Positions 26,001-39,065 of a stretch of DNA of 64,000 bases are shown piece by piece; within the stretch, counting starts at the first letter, position 1, and every line of letters starts with the position of its first letter. The stretch is taken from the NCBI GenBank assembly GCA_951406725.2, contig OX597817.1, positions 43,276,001 to 43,340,000 of the forward strand, written 5' to 3'. The notes under the pieces are model-generated. The model did no database searches and was not told where the DNA came from. It worked only from the letters and a program-made list of their open reading frames with translations. Position numbers and translations under genes: made by a program. This stretch comes from Octopus vulgaris (lineage: Eukaryota).

Positions 26001-28599
26001 GCAAACACAGTTTTTCAGGACTTTCAAAGCATTTTCATTGCTCCCCAAAATGTTAGGGGATACGCTTGCACCCTTTTGTAACCCCTGTTCCTGAGCCTAT
26101 GTATGTACCAATTATCTCTACATAATAGTATATTAGTTATTAATTGTTGGTAATTAGCATCACAATTATTGGCTTATCAATTTATCCTAAGTACTTGTAT
26201 ATTAGTAAATTAATTGTTAACTAGTTATTGTCATTTATCTAAGGCATCATGTCAGACAATTACCATAATTAGCATGTCAGACAAAATACTCAGCAGCACT
26301 TTTTCCAACTCTTTTACTCTTTTACTTGTTTCAGTCATTTGACTGTGACCATGCTGGAGCACCGCCTTTAGTCGAGCAAATCGACCCCAGGACTTATTCT
26401 TATATATATACATATATACAACGGGCTTTTTTCAGTTTCCGCCTACCAAATGCACTCACAAGGGTTTGGTCAACACGAGGCTATAGTAGAAGACACTTGC
26501 CCAAGTGTCTCTAAGTTCTGAGTTCAAATCCTGCCAAGGTTAACTTTGTCTGCCATCCCTTTCAGGGTTGACAAAATAAGTACTAGTTGAGCACTGTGGT
26601 CGATGTGATTGACTTTCCCCTTGCCTCAAAATTGCTGGCTCTGTACCAAAATTAGAAAGGATTATTTGAGTTGTATGATAAGGATAGTAACTTACTGATA
26701 ATTGCAATTGATTTTGAAGGTGAGTGACCTTTTGGTAAGGGCGATGGGATTATGACCATAAGGTTGTTGATTTGATTCTTGGACTGGGTAGCATGTTGCA
26801 TTTTTGAACAAGGTGCTGATGCTACATAAAAAGCCCCCATACAGGCCCCCATGCAACAAATGATCACCTATACTGGCACCATGTAAACAAGCATTTGTAC
26901 TACTGCCACATAAAATGGCACCCATGCTGGTGTCACATAAAAACGCAGCCATGTTGGTGTCACATAAAGAGGCACTCATGATGGCATCACATAGAAAAGT
27001 ACCTATGCCAGTGACACATGATGAAGCAACCATGTTGGTGCCATGTAAAAGAGTACCTGTGTCAATGCCACATGAAAAAGCACTTGTGACGACACAATGT
27101 AAAAAGGCACCTGTGCCAGCACCACATGAAAAGAAGTGTGCACCAGTGCCATGTAAAAAATGCACCTGTGCTGGCACCACCATGTGAAAGGCACCTAGTA
27201 CACTCTGTAAAGTGGTTGGCATTAGACCATGCCAAAATAAATGACTGGAACCTAGTGCAACCCTCTGGCTTGCCAGCTCCTGTCAAACTGTCCAACCTGT
27301 GTCAGCATGGAAAATGGATGTTACATGATGATGGTGATGATGATGATTTCATTTTATGTTCCCGAGATGAGTATCAACAAGCTGATAGTATATTCCCTTT
27401 TCCCTCTAACTGTCACATTGCCAATGTTCTGCTAGGTTAAAAGTGAGAGAGCTGAATGCGGTATTTATGTCTGTTTCTGACTAATTAATACTTAAAGTGA
27501 TTCACAAAAGCTTAGTACATACTTACAAAACCATCTTAATTTTTGAAAGGTAACTGTAGCATTAGTAATAGTCCCAACTGACTGTAGGGAGAGTAATGAC
27601 TTAATTGTTATTGATTAACTGATAGTATAATTAGTTATAGCTTCTAACTATAAAAGAGATTTAGAGGATAGTTAACAGTTAAGTGGTTGGTACTAGTTTT
27701 GTAGCAAACAGGATGATATACTACCTTATTTAAGTTTATCTAAATTGGGAGATGGCTAGCTGACAAAATTGTTAGAATAACCGAAAAGAGACTAATTACA
27801 TTTTGAGTTCAAATTCAACTGGCGTCAGCTTTGCCTTTCATCCTTTTGGAGTTGATAAAACAAAGCATTGTCCAAGTACTTCATATCATTACTGTATGTT
27901 TCTCATTCTGATCTTCAGATCATTATAAAAAATGGAACATAAAAATGTTACATAATAGACATACAGTGAAAAAATTTGAATATCATATTACCCTTACCAA
28001 AAACTGATGAAAGAATATTTTGTATAAGTAAAAAAGAATCTAATAATCTACCAAATGTTCTATGAAAATTTATACTTAACATTAGAAAACATATATCCTT
28101 ATCTTCAGGTGATGTTACATTTATAAATGTTTGACTATATTTGAATGGTTTTACAGAAAAAAACAAATACATGATGCACATTAATGATCTCAAGCATAAA
28201 CACAGACCAAAAAATAATGAAGTATCATTAAATTTTTAGCTTAATTGAATGGACAAATAGTGTAAAAAAAAATTCTTAATTCAATTTCTCTGCATTTCCT
28301 GATGAATCAAATATCAAGAGATATTTAACAGAAACTAGATTAAAGTAAGTTATTTTTGCTGTAAAAATTTTACAAATACAGTTTATTGTTTCAATTCTCA
28401 AAACCTTTTCAACAACATTAACATGACCTCTTCTACTCTTCATGATTATATTCTCTGAATAATTTTCCCTCTTAATGGTGATTTCAGTACCTAAGAGGGG
28501 TCTTATAACGTCTATATTTGAAGATTTATGTTTTAAAGACATTTAAATATTCTGAATTATTTTCTTTCTTTGCCTTTTTTTAAATACAAAACACTTTAC

Positions 28600-29005
28600 T
28601 CTCTCTCTCTTTTACTCTTTTACTTGATTCAGTCATTTGACTGTGGCCATGCTGGAGCACCGCCTTTAGTCGAATAAATCGACCCCGGGACTTATTCTTT
28701 GTAAGCCCAGTACTTATTCTATCGGTCTCTTTTGCCGAACTGCTAAGTGACGGGGATGTAAACACACCAGTATTGGTTGTCAAGCAATGCTAGGGGGACA
28801 AACACTGACACACAAACACACATATATATATATACATATATACGACAGGCTTCTTTCAGTTTCCGTCTACCAAATCCACTCACAAGGCATTGGTCGGCCT
28901 GGGGCTATAGCAGAAGACACTTGCCCAAGATGCCACGCAGTGGGACTGAACCTGGAACCATGTGGTTGGTTAGCAAGCTACTTACCACACAGCAACTCCT
29001 GTGCC
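28600..29005 (-). mobile_element. Family B SINE
   Basis: Full-length match to 5190-5673. Confidence 0.85.
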
Positions 29006-30235
29006 TTTAGATTAAAATATTTTAATATTTTCATGTATATGTAATTGTTCATATTTTTCATAGATATGTTTGTATCATTTTGCATATCTTTATCTTTTCT
29101 CCTGGTAAACTCCTCCCTATTTCTCAAAGAATGATTATGTTGTCAAACAATAGGATTCATTTGTTTTATTTTATCAAATAATCACTTGTAGTGATATTCA
29201 AACATCTCAGCTGTACATCTATGCGATATGATTTTTATAGGTGTGAGTATGAATGTATGGTAAGAAGTATTGCTTCCTAACCATATGATTTTGGGTTCAT
29301 TCCCACTGTTTGGCATCTTGGACAAATGTTTTATATTATAGCTTCAGGTTAATCAAAGCCTTTTGGTTGGATTTGGTTGAAGGAAATTGAAAGAAGCCCA
29401 TTATGTGTATGTATGCATCTGTGCGTGTGCGTGCGTGTGTATGTGTGTGTGTGTGCATATGTTACTGTCTCCTTGCCTTGACTTTGTGTAGTAGTTGTAA
29501 ATGAAAGCCACTGTCAAGCAGGAGGTGTCCTTCATTCCCAGTCTTCCAAGAAATCATGTCTGGTCACTGGGAAATATTATCTTACTTGGAAACAGGTGAG
29601 GATTGGTAACAGGAAGGGAATCTGATCACAGATTATCTGCCTTAACGGTATATATACATATATCTGAATGTGATCAATGCCAGGGCTGCCTGACTGACTC
29701 CCATGCCAGTGGCACATAAAAAGCACCATTTGAACATGGCCAATGCCAGTGCCCTCTGACTGGCTCCCGTGCTGGTGGTACATAAAAAGCACTATCTGAA
29801 CGTATTTGATACCAGGCCTGCCTGACTGGCTCCTGTGCCAGTGACGTCGCAACTCATTTCTACAGATGAGTGAACTGGAGCAACGTGAAATAAAGTGCCT
29901 TGCTCAAGAACACAACACGCAACCTGGTCTGGGATTCGAACTCACAACCTCACGATTTTAAGCTTGATGCTCTAACCACTGAGCGATATGCCTTCACACA
30001 CACAGGGTATCAGATGTTGTTATTGCTGGTCACAATGCATTTTTGCATTGTTTTAGCCTTCAAATGATGCCACCCTGCTGGCTTGGTGAGCAGGCCAACA
30101 ATCTCCACTGATTGACGGGGAAGTGGAACAATGGGAAATAAAGTGTTTTGCTCAGAACACAACATGCTACCCAGTCAATGAATTGAACCTATGATCTGGG
30201 GATCATGAGTACAGCAGCCTAACCACTAGGCTACA

Positions 30236-30322
<87 letters not shown>

Positions 30323-30332
30323 ATATAAATAT

Positions 30333-30630
30333 AAATATTCTATAATTATAAACATAATTATAATTAGGGGTCAGCTAATTGCTTCACCATATACCGAATT
30401 TAGAAACAGGAGTTAAAAATTCCTTTTTTACTACCATAAGAAATCTCCCAGACAGTAACACACATTTTTTTTTCGCTGACCCCTAATTATAATTATGTTT
30501 ATAATTATAGAATATTTGTATAATTTTACCTATAAAGGTTATTTTAATGTACTGATCTACTTGGTAAAATTATTAATTGATTAATTGATAAATTAATTAA
30601 TTAATTTTACCCTTTTATTATTAATATTAT
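30333..30630. mobile_element. Asymmetric inverted-repeat insertion in (TA)n
   Basis: Perfect 43-bp arms (30333-30375 / 30475-30517) plus a right extension containing CTGATCTACTTGGTAAAATT, resembling the extensions at 3826 and 47178. Confidence 0.7.
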
Positions 30631-30668
30631 ATATATCATCATCATCATTTAGCGTCCGTTTTCCATGC

Positions 30669-30702
<34 letters not shown>

Positions 30703-31069
30703 TACAAACATTTATTTATCTATCTATCTAACAATCTCTCTCTTTTTCTCCTCCCCCTCCCTCTCTCACACGATCTCTGCATACATACAAACAATAATTA
30801 TTTAGCAACTTGTTAAATAAACACTTAAAGCTTATTGGACAGGGCGTTGTTATTTTTCAAAAGAACAGGAATCTTAAGAATGAAAATGATTGACTGTAAC
30901 AGAAAAATATAAACATCAAAAAGTAAGTTGAAATCACACATAGAATATCTCCACGTATGCCATATCAATATTTTTCCAAAAGGAATTATAATCAAAACCA
31001 ATTTCAACACTCTAAATATATGCCTCACAAACTCTTATAACTTTATTTACATAAATGACATATAGGTGT

Positions 31070-31460
31070 TGTAGGAGTGGCTGTGTGGTAAGTAGCTTGC
31101 TTACCAACCACATGGTTCTGGGTTCAATCCCACTGTGTGGCACCTTGGGCAAGTGTCTTCTACTATAGCCTCTGGCCGACCAAAGCCTTGTGAGTGGATT
31201 TAGTAGATGGAAACTGAAAGAAGCCCATAGTATATATGTATATATATATGTGTGTGTGTGTTTGTGTGTCTGTGTTTGTCCCCCCCAACATCGTTTGACA
31301 ACTGATGCTGATGTGTTTACGTCCCCGTAACTTAGCGGTTCGGCCAAAGAGACCAATAGAATAAGTACTAGGCTTACAAAGGATAATTCCTGAAGTCGAT
31401 TTGCTTGACTAAAGGCGGTGCTCCAGCATGGCCAAAGAGTAACATAGTAAAGAGTAAGAG
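31070..31460 (+). mobile_element. Family B SINE
   Basis: Full head-to-tail match to other copies. Confidence 0.85.
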
Positions 31461-31638
31461 TATAAATGATACTTTATTGATTAATAATTGGTTATTGATT
31501 ATATTGAATATTGCCACATTTATAGAATCATGTAAATTATGAGTTTATTCACACATGCGCATATGTGCATGCATTCACAAACACACATTCATATTTATTG
31601 TATTTATGTTTGTTTTTATATACAGAATAATCAATATA

Positions 31639-32038
31639 TTGGGTTTGTGTATAATTATTATAGCTGTTTTTCAACAAATTTTATTCAACAAATACAATAA
31701 CAATATTTAACAATATTTAAGAGAGTCAAGACTATTGAAAAAGTTGCAAGACACAATGAAAATTTTAGGAAAATAAAAATAAGAAAAAAGTGGAAACTTT
31801 ACCGGTGAGTGTGTTACATTATAAGGCACAAAAAAAGAAAAAGAAAATGACTCTCCCTAGACACAACAGAATATTTAACAAAAACATCTTTAAATGACAG
31901 TCTGACCATCTGCCAAGCAAATGGGAAGCAGTAATTGAAGTAGATGGTGAATATGCTCCGGAATAATCATCTAAAAATGTTTTTGTTACATGCTGTTATT
32001 TGTTGAAAAAATGCCGCAATAATTATACACCAACTCAA
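31639..32038. mobile_element. Mariner-derived MITE with a nested insertion (~31715-31875)
   Basis: TIRs TTGGGTTTGTGTATAATTATT / AATAATTATACACCAACTCAA; keeps the transposase C-terminus PSKWEAVIEVDGEYAPE*; an uninterrupted sister copy is at 46452-46680. Confidence 0.75.
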
Positions 32039-32328
32039 TCTATTTTTATATGTAAAAGTAATCAATAAATTTTTATATTTGAAGTGAAGTGGATGGAGTT
32101 CAGTGTATTTGCATATCTTCATCTTTTTCACTTGTTTCTATCATTGGATGGCAGCCATGCTGGAGCACCCCTCCTCTTAAAGGGTTTTAGTCAAATATGT
32201 TTTTTTAAAAAAGTTTTGGCACTTATTTAATTAGTCTGTTTTGTCAAACTGTTAAGTTACCAGAACCTAAAGCAAAAACAGTTGTCAAGTGGTGTGTTTG
32301 GGGTGGCAAGCACAGACATAAAGATATG

Positions 32329-32386
<58 letters not shown>

Positions 32387-33254
32387 ATAATCAGTCAGGC
32401 TCAGTATAAAACCATCAATGAAAAATTCAGTAATCTGGAGGTGCTGGACAGCACCTATATTGCAAGAAATAAGAGTTAAAACCCTTAAGGCTGCATGAAG
32501 AGCATAATTTATATACACTGACAGGGGAGATAACCACCCTATGAGCGAAGCTAGGAGCACTGGACCAGGTTTCATCTGTTATTTGCAGACTTGTCAGCAG
32601 TGCCTTCACCATTGCTTGGATGGTTTAGCTAAATCCATCTGTCAGTAGATATATTTACCATATAAATTTATGGCTGATTTAATGAAATGCTAATGTGTGT
32701 ACTAAAAATTAACATAAGTAGCTAGGTGCAATATAAAACCATAAAGTACATTATTTACATTTGATAGATATTTGTCCTCATCTTGTTTGTTGTTAACACA
32801 ACGTTTTGGCTGATATACCCTCCAGCCTTCAACTGGTGTCTTGGGGAAATTTTGAACCTCAGTTCTCATACCTAAGGTATTTTTTGATGTTGTTGTTGTT
32901 GTTGTTGTTGTTATCATCATCATCATTATTCATGTCACTGCCTGGAATCGAACTTGGAATCTTGGGGTTAGTAGCCCGCACTCTTAACCACTATGCCATA
33001 TGTCCGTGGGCATATGTGACAGATTTCTACACAGATTCCATCTCCTAAATTCTCTCACAAGGGATTAACCAACCCAGGGCTATAGTAGAAGACACTTACC
33101 CAAGGTGCTGTGCTGTGGGATTGAGCCCAAGATCATGTGGTTGGAAGGCAAGCTTCTTAACCAAACAGGCATGCTACATAGACATATATTCATACATGTA
33201 TACACATCCATATGTGCATGTGTGTGTGTATGTGTGCATGTGCTTGTGTGTGTA

Positions 33255-33285
<31 letters not shown>

Positions 33286-33336
33286 GCACGTGTATGCATT
33301 TCTGTGTGGATGTGTGTGTGTAAGCATTTGTGGGTG

Positions 33337-33382
<46 letters not shown>

Positions 33383-33671
33383 CATGTGTATGTATACACT
33401 CATAATTTCCAGAGTTCCATAAACATGACAATATTTCCATATAATCAATAACCAATTATCAATCAATAAAATGTCACTTATGTAAATAAGCTCACAAGAG
33501 ATCATGAGACATACATTTAGGATTTTGAAATTGACTCCAAACGTAATTCTGTTTTGGAAAATATTACTACAGCTTACATAGACACATTGTTGGTGTGATT
33601 GCTTTACTTTGACACAAGGCCACATATTTTTTGAGTGGGTAGAGTTAAGTATCTTTTATCATTATCAATGT

Positions 33672-34400
33672 AGGTGCAGGAGTGGCTGTGTGGTAAGTAG
33701 CTTGCTTACCAACCACATGGTTCTGGGTTCAGTCCTGCTGCATGACACCTTGGGCAAGTGTCTTCTACTATAGCCTTGGGCTGACCAAAGCCTTATAAGT
33801 GGATTTGGTAGACGGCAACTGAAAGAAGCCTGTTGTGTAACACCATCCGAGCGTGGCCGTCCGCCAGCCTCGTCTGGCACCTGTGTCGGTGACACATAAG
33901 AAAACACCATCCGAGCGTGGCCGTCAGCCAGCCTTGTCTGGCACCTGTGTCGGTGGCACATAAAAAACACCATCCGAGCGTGGCCGTCTGCCAGCCTCGT
34001 CTGGCACCTGTGTCGGTGGCACATAAAATCACCCACTACACTCTCGGAGTGGTTGGCGTTAGGAAGGGCATCCAGCTGTAGAAACACTGCCAGATCTGAC
34101 TGGCCTGGTGCAGCCTTCAGGCTTGCCAGACCCCAGTTGAACCGTCCAACCCATGCTAGCATGGAAAGCGGACGTTAAACGATGATGATGATGATGATGT
34201 ATGTATGTGTTTGTGTGTGTGTGTTTGTCCCTCCACCATCGCTTGACAACCGATATTGGTGTGTTTGTGTCCTCCTAACTTAGAGGTTCAGCAAAAGAGA
34301 CTGATAGAATAAGTACTAGGCTTACAAAGAATAAGTCATGGGGTTGATTTGTTCGACTAAAGGCAGTGCTCCTGCATGGCTGCAGTCAAATGAAACAAAC
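33672..34400 (+). mobile_element. Family B SINE interrupted by a family C element (33836-34198) with three ~64-bp tandem units
   Basis: B head 33672-33835, 3x AACACCATCCGAGCGTGGCCGT..GCCAGCCT..TCTGGCACCTGTGTCGGTG, (GAT)n tail, then the right half of B. Confidence 0.85.
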
Positions 34401-35624
34401 GGGAAAAAATTATCCTTTATCATTATGATTAAATTATTATCATTAAATAATTATCATTAATTATCATTAATTAATTATCATTTATTATTATCATTATTTT
34501 TCATTATTATTTATCATTATCTTTTACTAACTCCAGTCATAGGACTGTGGCCATGTCTATATTACAGACACTCATTTTATTGGTCTATAATGTGTTGGTG
34601 ACAGTGCGTGGCTTAGTGGTTAGGGTGTTTGGCTTATGATCATAAGGTTGTGAGTTCAATTCCTGTTGATGTGTTGTGTTCTTGAGCAAGACACTTTATT
34701 TCACGTTTCTTCAGTTTCACTCAGGTGGCAAAAATGAGTTGTACCTGTATTTCAAAGGGCCAGCCTTGTCACACTCTAAAGGGTTTAACCATTGTAGGCC
34801 AGAAGAAAAAGTTTTACTGATTCTGTGAGTATAAGGGTGTCTATGTATGTGTGCATATATGTGGGTATAGATGGAGAGAGGGCAGTGGTGCAACTGATTC
34901 GACGAGCGTGGGCAAGGGTGCTTTGGACAAGGGTTGAGGGGTATCCTCAATGTATGAACAGGTGGGCAAGGTACTGGAACTGGGTCTCGAAATCTTGGTC
35001 CTGGCTGCACAAGTGTCAGAGGTAGAGGAACTGGGAGTAGGGGATGGCCTGTTTGGTGTGGGAGGGATGGGAGGAGGAGAAGATGTGGTAGAGGTGGGAA
35101 TCTGTGGGTTTGAAGAAGGCTGAGGTGGTGAGAGAGTGGAGTGGGAGGTCGTGTGTGTGAGTGTGTGTGTGTGTGTTTGTGAGTGAGTGTGTGTGTGTGT
35201 GGGTGGTGTGTGTGTGTGTGTGTATTGAGATGTGCAATATAAGAATGACAAACAACCAGATTTCTAGAGCTCAATATTATATATTGCTTTAAACTCCCAC
35301 CAAATTGCTAATGGTATAATTCTTATGCCCTATATAATACTTGTGTTATGCAATGATTATTGAAACAGTTGTAGGAAGGAATATTTTGAAACATTACTGA
35401 TACTAGTTTCTGTTATTCTTTCAAATATGTGAGTGTGTACATACATACACTACACATGCACACACACACACACATGCACACATACACTTACACACCATGT
35501 TAACACATACATACACACACACACACACACATACATACACAAATATATTTTTATGAGGAAAGGGGAAAAGAGAAGGGGGAGTGGAAACAGATAAATAGAT
35601 TTATTTAGATAAATAATTTAAAAT

Positions 35625-35813
35625 GTTTCGTTTTTGGATTTGGTTTGCAAGATTCTTTATATGAGTTCGTGTGTTGAAGCATATTCTGTTGTGTCTGGGG
35701 AGAGTCATTTTCTTTTTGTGTCTTATAATGTAACACACTCACCGGTAAAATTTCCACTTATTTCTTAGTGTGTTACATTATAAAGAAAATGACTCTCCCA
35801 GACACAACAGAAT
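35625..35813. mobile_element. Asymmetric inverted-repeat insertion (family also at 12431-12522 and ~31760-31873)
   Basis: ATTCTGTTGTGTCTGGGGAGAGTCATTTTCTT..TATAATGTAACACACT / AGTGTGTTACATTATA..AAGAAAATGACTCTCCCAGACACAACAGAAT with a ~55-bp left extension. Confidence 0.7.
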
Positions 35814-36082
35814 TAAAAATGTAATGATAAAATTATAAAACATTATTTATCAGAGAAAACCTTCAACAGTTTTTACCACAAGTACCTATAACCTTATTTC
35901 CATCAGAGTCATCAAGAGGATAATTATATTTTGGTCTTGTAGAATTTTACCTTCTGCAAAAGTATTATCAGTTAACAGTTAAGATGGTTGACTATTTCAA
36001 CCAATTAATGAATGTTACCATATAAATTTTAATAAATGCAAAAAAATTTTTGTTTGTTTTTGTTTTATGTTGTTTGTTTCAG

Positions 36083-36238
36083 ACATAAAAAGTAATTGCA
36101 AAGAGTTTGCATCCTTCCTTGATGCGTTATGTAACAGTTTGAGTCAAGCTCCATCTTGTTTAACAGAGGATGGCAAAGAAATTGTCACCCAGTTTACTCC
36201 TGCAACAACCACAACACACCAAGCATCAAAAAATGAAG
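36083..36238 (+). CDS. Coding exon (phase 1-1) of the LDLa-repeat gene: Cys-containing and Thr-rich linker
   Basis: Polypyrimidine tract + TTTCAG acceptor, AAG|GTAAGA donor, 156 nt, open: (D)IKSNCKEFASFLDALCNSLSQAPSCLTEDGKEIVTQFTPATTTTHQASKNE; phase-compatible with the next exon. Confidence 0.7.
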
Positions 36239-36411
36239 GTAAGAACTGTATTTGATGGCATAAAAGATGTATTGCTCATATTAGATGCACCCTAACATAG
36301 TGCATATTTAAGAAAAAAGCTTTAGTGCATTAAAACTTATGGGAGGCCCAGCTTTGCATATTGGACTTAGGGTGATTTTTTGTGACTTTTTTGAGGAAAA
36401 AATGGTGTGTA

Positions 36412-36593
36412 TTACTGTATTTTAACGTGTTTAAATCAAAAATTGGGTTTAAAAAATATGGGAGTTTCTTATGCATGGATAGTATTATAATCTATTACAA
36501 AACATATTTTCCAAATTTTAAGCCCCCCCCCCCAAAAAAAAATTGAGGGTTTCCTTATACACGAGGGTTCCTTATATTTGTGAAAATACAGTA
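36412..36593. mobile_element. Tigger/pogo-like MITE remnant
   Basis: Ends TACTGTATTTT / AAAATACAGTA with internal TCTTATGCATG and CCTTATACACG motifs. Confidence 0.45.
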
Positions 36594-36750
36594 TATGGTA
36601 TCAATACATATTGATATCCTATACTGTATGGTATATGGATTCAATAAATTACTTGAGAGAAAATAAAAAAATGCAGGAATTATAGAAAGGGGGAAAAATA
36701 ATAAAAATATGAACATTCTTAAATGGAGGAATGAGAAAATCTAGTGAGTT

Positions 36751-36799
<49 letters not shown>

Positions 36800-37047
36800 T
36801 TGGTTAAGTTTATATATATTGGATATGTGCCAGTTTATATATATTGGATATATACGCACATATACAATGAACTTTCACCCAGTTCTGTCAACAAAATTCA
36901 CTCACAAGGCATTGGATGACCTGGGGCTATAAAAGAAGAGGTGCCAGCATTGGGGACTGAACCTGAAACTATGTGGTTGCAAAATGAGCTTCTTAACCAC
37001 ACAGCTATGCCTGTGAATACGAAGCCAATAGTAAAGACGGTAGACCT

Positions 37048-37115
<68 letters not shown>

Positions 37116-37937
37116 ATTCAGATGAATATGGTACTTAAGTTGAGGCACCAGAATTTAGTACGGTATTATCCATACAATTTAAAATAAGGTGATTAAAATC
37201 AAAATAAGCAACAAGGATATCCAGAGGTAATGCAGTACGCTCATTTCATGCAACTCCATTTAATTGAACAATGCAATCATTACATCAATTTAAAATGCAG
37301 AGCAATCTTCAGCTGCACAAAGACAGAATTTAATTAAATTAGAACAGATGGATAATGAAACAGGGGAAGACTTATCATGTACATGATAAGACTTCCCCTG
37401 TTTCATTATCAATGGTCTGCTAGTGGATGACCCCCTTAATTATCAGCTAACATCTTGTTTTAAGTTTTCCTTTACCAAACCTCATGATATTGCTTCTAAT
37501 AAATCTTGATTTTTATGACTATATCAACTATGATGTCTGTCTGCTCCCTCAGCCTTACCCCTAACAGACACTGCCCTCTGTTCTCTCAGCCTTAGATATA
37601 CAAGGGATTTGATAAACTAGTCTATAAATTAAAAGTGACCCCATAAAAACAAAAAAAATCAGTGACAGGCAGAGTCTGTAACAATGTATATCTTCTTGAA
37701 AACTCAGAAACTTCTAAACTGGAGTGAGACAGCCTGTTCTTTGACTATCTCCTTAACTTCTTGGAGATTTTAGGTATAATTATACTAATGTGTCCATCTG
37801 TTCTAATTCAATTAAATTCTATGTCTTTGTGAGCTGAAGATTGCTCTACATTTTAAATTGTTGTAATGATTACATTGTTCAATTAAATTGAGTTGTGTGA
37901 AATGATTGTACTGCATTATATCTTGATATCCTTGTTG

Positions 37938-38002
<65 letters not shown>

Positions 38003-38170
38003 GCAACAAGGATATCCTTGTTGCTTATTTTGATTTTAATCACCTTACTTTGAAATTGTATGGATAATACCGTACTAAATTCTGGTGCCTCAACTTAAGT
38101 ACCATAGTCATCAGAATCTAAATTTTACTGAATTCATCTGCCATACCCAAAGTATATTTCTGGTACTTTA
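37116..38170. mobile_element. ~1-kb inverted-repeat insertion with a hammerhead in each arm and nested perfect palindromes
   Basis: Left arm 37116-37352, right arm 37794-38118 plus extension; (TA)n/(GA)n flanks; hammerheads at 37231-37317 (minus) and 37830-37915 (plus). Confidence 0.8.
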
Positions 38171-38213
<43 letters not shown>

Positions 38214-38650
38214 CATCAATGGAATTTGTATCTATGTGGTACCAGCCTCATCTGGCACCTGTGTCGGTGGCACATAAAATCACCCACTACACTCTCGGAG
38301 TGGTTGGCGTTAGGAAGGGCATCCAGCTGTAGAAACACTGCCAGATCTGACTGGCCTGGTGCAGCCTTCGGGCTCCCCAGACCCCAGTTGAACCGTTCAA
38401 CCCATGCTAGCATGGAAAGCGGACGTTAAATGATGATGATGATGATGATGATGATATATATATGTGTGTTTGTCCCACCACCATTGCTTGACAGACAATG
38501 TTAGTGTGTTTACATCCCCGTAACTTAGTGGTTTGGCAAAAGAGACTGACAGAATAAGTGTTAGGCTTACAAAGAATAAGTCCTGGGGTCAAATCATTTG
38601 ACTAAAGGTAGTTCTCCAGCATGGCTGCAGTCAAATGATTGAAACAAGTA

Positions 38651-39065
38651 AAGGCGGTGAGCTCGCTGAAGCGTTAGCACGCTGGGTGAAATGCTTAGCA
38701 GTATTTCGTCTGCCGCTACGTTCTGAGTTCAAATTCCACCGAGGTCGACTTTGTCTTTCATCCTTTTAGGGTCGATTAAATAAGTACCAGTTACGCACTG
38801 GGGTTGATAAAATCGACTTAATCCGTTTGTCTGTCCTTGTTTGTCCTCTCTGTGTTTAGCCCTTTGTGGGTAGTAAAGAAATAGGTATTTCGACTGTCGC
38901 TACATTCTGAGTTCAAATTCCGCCGAGGTCGACTTTGCCTTTCATCCTTTCGGGTCGATAAATTTAGTACCAGTTATGCATTGGGGTCGATGTAATCAAC
39001 TTAATCCCTTTGTCTCTCCTTGTTTTCCCCCTCTATGTTTAGCTCCTTGTGGGCAATAAAGAAAT
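38651..39065 (+). mobile_element. Dimeric family A SINE
   Basis: Two tandem core units. Confidence 0.85.

Noticed and set aside
26692-27222. 176-aa ORF with periodic hydrophobic/Cys pattern
   Set aside because: Arises from the ~30-bp internal minisatellite of a family C retroelement.
33836-34030. Regularly spaced repeats that could suggest a CRISPR array
   Set aside because: Head-to-tail tandem units without unique spacers, inside a eukaryotic SINE-like element; no cas genes.
34840-35030. Trp-rich short ORF
   Set aside because: Probably a decayed LINE C-terminal fragment; too little signal to classify.
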